From an uncultured bacterium (GTDB lineage: Bacteria > SAR324 > NAC60-12), in NCBI GenBank assembly GCA_964010765.1, contig CAXGMD010000064.1:1-20398 (forward strand): a stretch of 20,398 nucleotides of DNA, in the 5' to 3' direction. Shown here one piece after another: positions 17,516 through 20,398 of this stretch (position 1 is its first letter; every line of letters starts with the position of its first letter). The position numbers and the translations under genes were made by a program. A model generated the notes under the pieces. The model was not told where the DNA came from, ran no database searches, and saw nothing but the letters and a program-made list of their open reading frames with translations.

Positions 17516-17908
17516 TTAATCCAGTTGCTCCCGAAAGCTTCCCACTTCAATACACTTCCGTTCTGAATCACAGAGGCTGACGAACAGCTGATCAGCCACA
17601 ATCCAGTAGATGGCATGCTGGCGAAAGCAAAGACCCAAGGTGCAGGCCTCATCAAAATTCAGTTCCACTGCCCAGCCAGGTTCAGCATGTCCGTCAGCCG
17701 GGGAATAGCCGGTTAATTCCACACGCCAGACATTACGCTGCTCCAAGACCTCTTGTAGACGCTTTGCCTGAATCTGAATTTCTTCTTCAGACCAAATCTC
17801 GCCCGTAGTAGGCCAAGCCGTGATAATCGCAAAAGCTTTTGGCCATTGAAGAACTTTAGCGCTAGAGCGGAATCGGGTCTGAAAGTAAATATCCGGCAGG
17901 CATGCCAT
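17516..17908 (-). CDS. DUF3293 domain-containing protein
   Basis: FAIITAW, GYSPADGHAEPGWAV, A..LG..FRQHAIYWI; 130 aa. Confidence 0.8.
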   Translation of the reverse strand: MACLPDIYFQTRFRSSAKVLQWPKAFAIITAWPTTGEIWSEEEIQIQAKRLQEVLEQRNVWRVELTGYSPADGHAEPGWAVELNFDEACTLGLCFRQHAIYWIVADQLFVSLCDSERKCIEVGSFREQLD

Positions 17909-17947
17909 TTTTACACAACATCCATTAATTCTGTCCGAGATTAAATC

Positions 17948-18949
17948 CTACTGTTCACAAGCGAAACTTTCCGTATCAACCTCTGACATTCCTAGGGCTG
18001 GATAACGAAAACCATGAATCTTCTCAGGCTGAAACAGGTCATCCAACTTGGACAAAATTTCGGCTGAGAGCGTTACGGAAGCAGCTCCAAGATCGTCTTC
18101 CAAGTGATCAATCTTGACTGTCCCCGGAATCGGCAGCACATGCTCACCTTGAGCAAGCAGCCATGCAATTGCGATCTGTGCGAGAGAACAATTGATTTCA
18201 GCACAGACTTGACTGAGCTTTTTGATGAGTTCACGATTTTGAGAAATATTTGGCTCCTGAAAGCGTGGCATCGTCAGACGCATATCACCTTCTGCAAACT
18301 TACTAAGACCCAGTTCGGGAGCACAAAGGAAACCTCTGCCCAGTGGAGAGAAGGCAACCAACGTCACCCCAAGTTCTTGGCAGGCTGCACTCAAGCCAAT
18401 TTCAGGGTTACGGGTCCAAAGTGAATACTCATTTTGGACGGCAGTGATCGGGTGCAATGCATGAGCTTTGCGCAAGGTCGCTGCAGAAACCTCTGACAGG
18501 CCAATTCCACCAATCTTGCCTTCCTGAACCATCTCGGCCAGCGCCCCCACACTCTCTTCAATCGCCACATTGTTCTTGTCCCAGCGGTGGAGGTAATAGA
18601 CATCAATAAAATCTGTGTTGAGCCTTCTCAAAGAATCTTCCAAGGTGGCTTTCAGGGTAGCAGCTCGACCGTCTATTACGCGTTTCCCATCAATTCCCTG
18701 CATCCCACACTTACTGGCCAAGTGAATCTCACTGCGGTAAGGCTGCATCCACTCACCCACCAGTTCCTCATTGCGACCAAAACCATAGAGAGCTGCGGTA
18801 TCGTAGTGTCGCACTCCCAGGTCGTAAGCTCGCTGAAGTAGTGCAAAAGAGTCCTCCTTACTGGGATAGCCACCGTAGCCGTGGCTCAGGTTCATACAAC
18901 CCAGACCAATTTCTGGAACCTCTGTGTTTCCAATTTTTCGTAATTTCAT
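17948..18949 (-). CDS. aldo/keto reductase
   Basis: IGLGCMN, catalytic D/Y in YDTAALYG, LASKCG, YYLHRWD, IGLSEVS, QNEYSLWTR, FSPLGRG, LPIPGT; ATGA overlap with ligC. Confidence 0.93.
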   Translation of the reverse strand: MKLRKIGNTEVPEIGLGCMNLSHGYGGYPSKEDSFALLQRAYDLGVRHYDTAALYGFGRNEELVGEWMQPYRSEIHLASKCGMQGIDGKRVIDGRAATLKATLEDSLRRLNTDFIDVYYLHRWDKNNVAIEESVGALAEMVQEGKIGGIGLSEVSAATLRKAHALHPITAVQNEYSLWTRNPEIGLSAACQELGVTLVAFSPLGRGFLCAPELGLSKFAEGDMRLTMPRFQEPNISQNRELIKKLSQVCAEINCSLAQIAIAWLLAQGEHVLPIPGTVKIDHLEDDLGAASVTLSAEILSKLDDLFQPEKIHGFRYPALGMSEVDTESFACEQ

Positions 18950-19905
18950 GACAAAGTCGGCTGTGTGTTGAGTTGTTGTTCAAGTTGGTGCATCACCCGA
19001 TACGTGGGCAATACCTTGGCCACACTGGCACGAGGTTCGCGTCCCTCACGGATAGAAGCAATGAATTCTCGATCCTGCAACTCGATCCCGTTCATGGAAA
19101 CATCCACCTGTGAAACATCAATTGCTTCATCCTTAGCTGTGACCAGATCGTCATAGCGTGCGATGTAGGTGCCGTTGTCACAGATGTAGCGGAAGAACGT
19201 TCCTAGTGGACCATCGTTGTTGAAACTGAGAGACAATGTGCAGACTGAACCTGATTCAGAAAGCAACTGGATCGACATATCCATGGCAATCCCCAATTCT
19301 GGATGCATCGGTCCCTGAACCGCATTGGCCCTAACAACCTCCTCTCCAGTCTGGAATTGAAAGAGATCGATCGTGTGAGCCGCATGATGCCAGAGTAAGT
19401 GATCCGTCCAGGTTCTCGGTTCTCCAGCTGCGTTGATGTTCTTGCGTCGAAAAAAGTAGGTCTGCGCATCCAGTTGCTGGATCTTCAACTCACCAGCCTG
19501 AATTTTCTTGTAAACCCACTGATGCGATGGATTGAAACGGCGGGTGTGACCAACCATACAAACCAAGCCTGTTTCTTGCTGGAGATCCATCACAGCTTGA
19601 GCATCCGACCAGTTATCGGCCAAGGGAATCTCGACCTCCACATGCACACCGGCTTTCAGACACTGAAGCGCCTGGGCAGCATGGATTGGGGTAGGGGTGG
19701 CCAGGATCGCAGCCTCAACTCCTGGAAGGGCTAGCGCCTGATCTAAATCTGTCATCGCATGAGGAATTCCATACTGCGCTGCAACAGCTTGTGTTGGCTC
19801 CAAAGGTTGTCCTACCAGCGCAACAACATCAACTCCCTCGAGATTCTTGAGTCCATCCAGGTGTTTTTTGCCAAAAGCACCTGGTCCCGCCAAAATGATT
19901 TTCAT
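18946..19905 (-). CDS. ligC: 4-carboxy-2-hydroxymuconate-6-semialdehyde dehydrogenase (Gfo/Idh/MocA family; LigC/PmdC)
   Basis: AGPGAFGKKHLDG, VEVEIPLAD, GHTRRFNPSHQ, YFFRRKNINA, WTDHLLWHHAAHT, SFNNDGPLGTFFRYICD, NGIELQDREF; directly follows ligB. Confidence 0.92.
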   Translation of the reverse strand: MKIILAGPGAFGKKHLDGLKNLEGVDVVALVGQPLEPTQAVAAQYGIPHAMTDLDQALALPGVEAAILATPTPIHAAQALQCLKAGVHVEVEIPLADNWSDAQAVMDLQQETGLVCMVGHTRRFNPSHQWVYKKIQAGELKIQQLDAQTYFFRRKNINAAGEPRTWTDHLLWHHAAHTIDLFQFQTGEEVVRANAVQGPMHPELGIAMDMSIQLLSESGSVCTLSLSFNNDGPLGTFFRYICDNGTYIARYDDLVTAKDEAIDVSQVDVSMNGIELQDREFIASIREGREPRASVAKVLPTYRVMHQLEQQLNTQPTLS

Positions 19906-19952
19906 TCGCTATCTCCAATCACTATCTTAGCTCACAGTTGTTGTTTGGAAAA

Positions 19953-20398
<446 letters not shown>

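Overview
Bacterial chromosomal window, about 47% GC by eye. The gene mix and style are compatible with a marine deltaproteobacterium such as SAR324 (inference only, not verified). The + strand carries a DUF1800 lipoprotein and DUF1501 Tat-exported pair, a likely ftsH-psd-fabI-fliN-DUF4254 operon, and a class II B12-dependent ribonucleotide reductase (nrdJ) with a long, apparently structured leader. After nrdJ comes a self-contained two-gene module: an 83-aa orphan plus an XRE-HTH protein with a C-terminal glycine zipper, with its own sigma70-like promoter overlapped by a dyad. The - strand carries the end of a protocatechuate 4,5-cleavage cluster (partial ligB, ligC, aldo/keto reductase), DUF3293, DUF805, pheS (no pheT behind it), a CcmA-like ABC ATPase and a U32-family protein lacking the Fe-S cysteines. 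No tRNA, rRNA, CRISPR array, transposase or integrase was seen. The best leads are the orphan/XRE-glycine-zipper module, the nrdJ leader RNA, the DUF1800/DUF1501 pair and the Cys-less U32 protein. All family calls come from motif recognition by eye, not from database searches.
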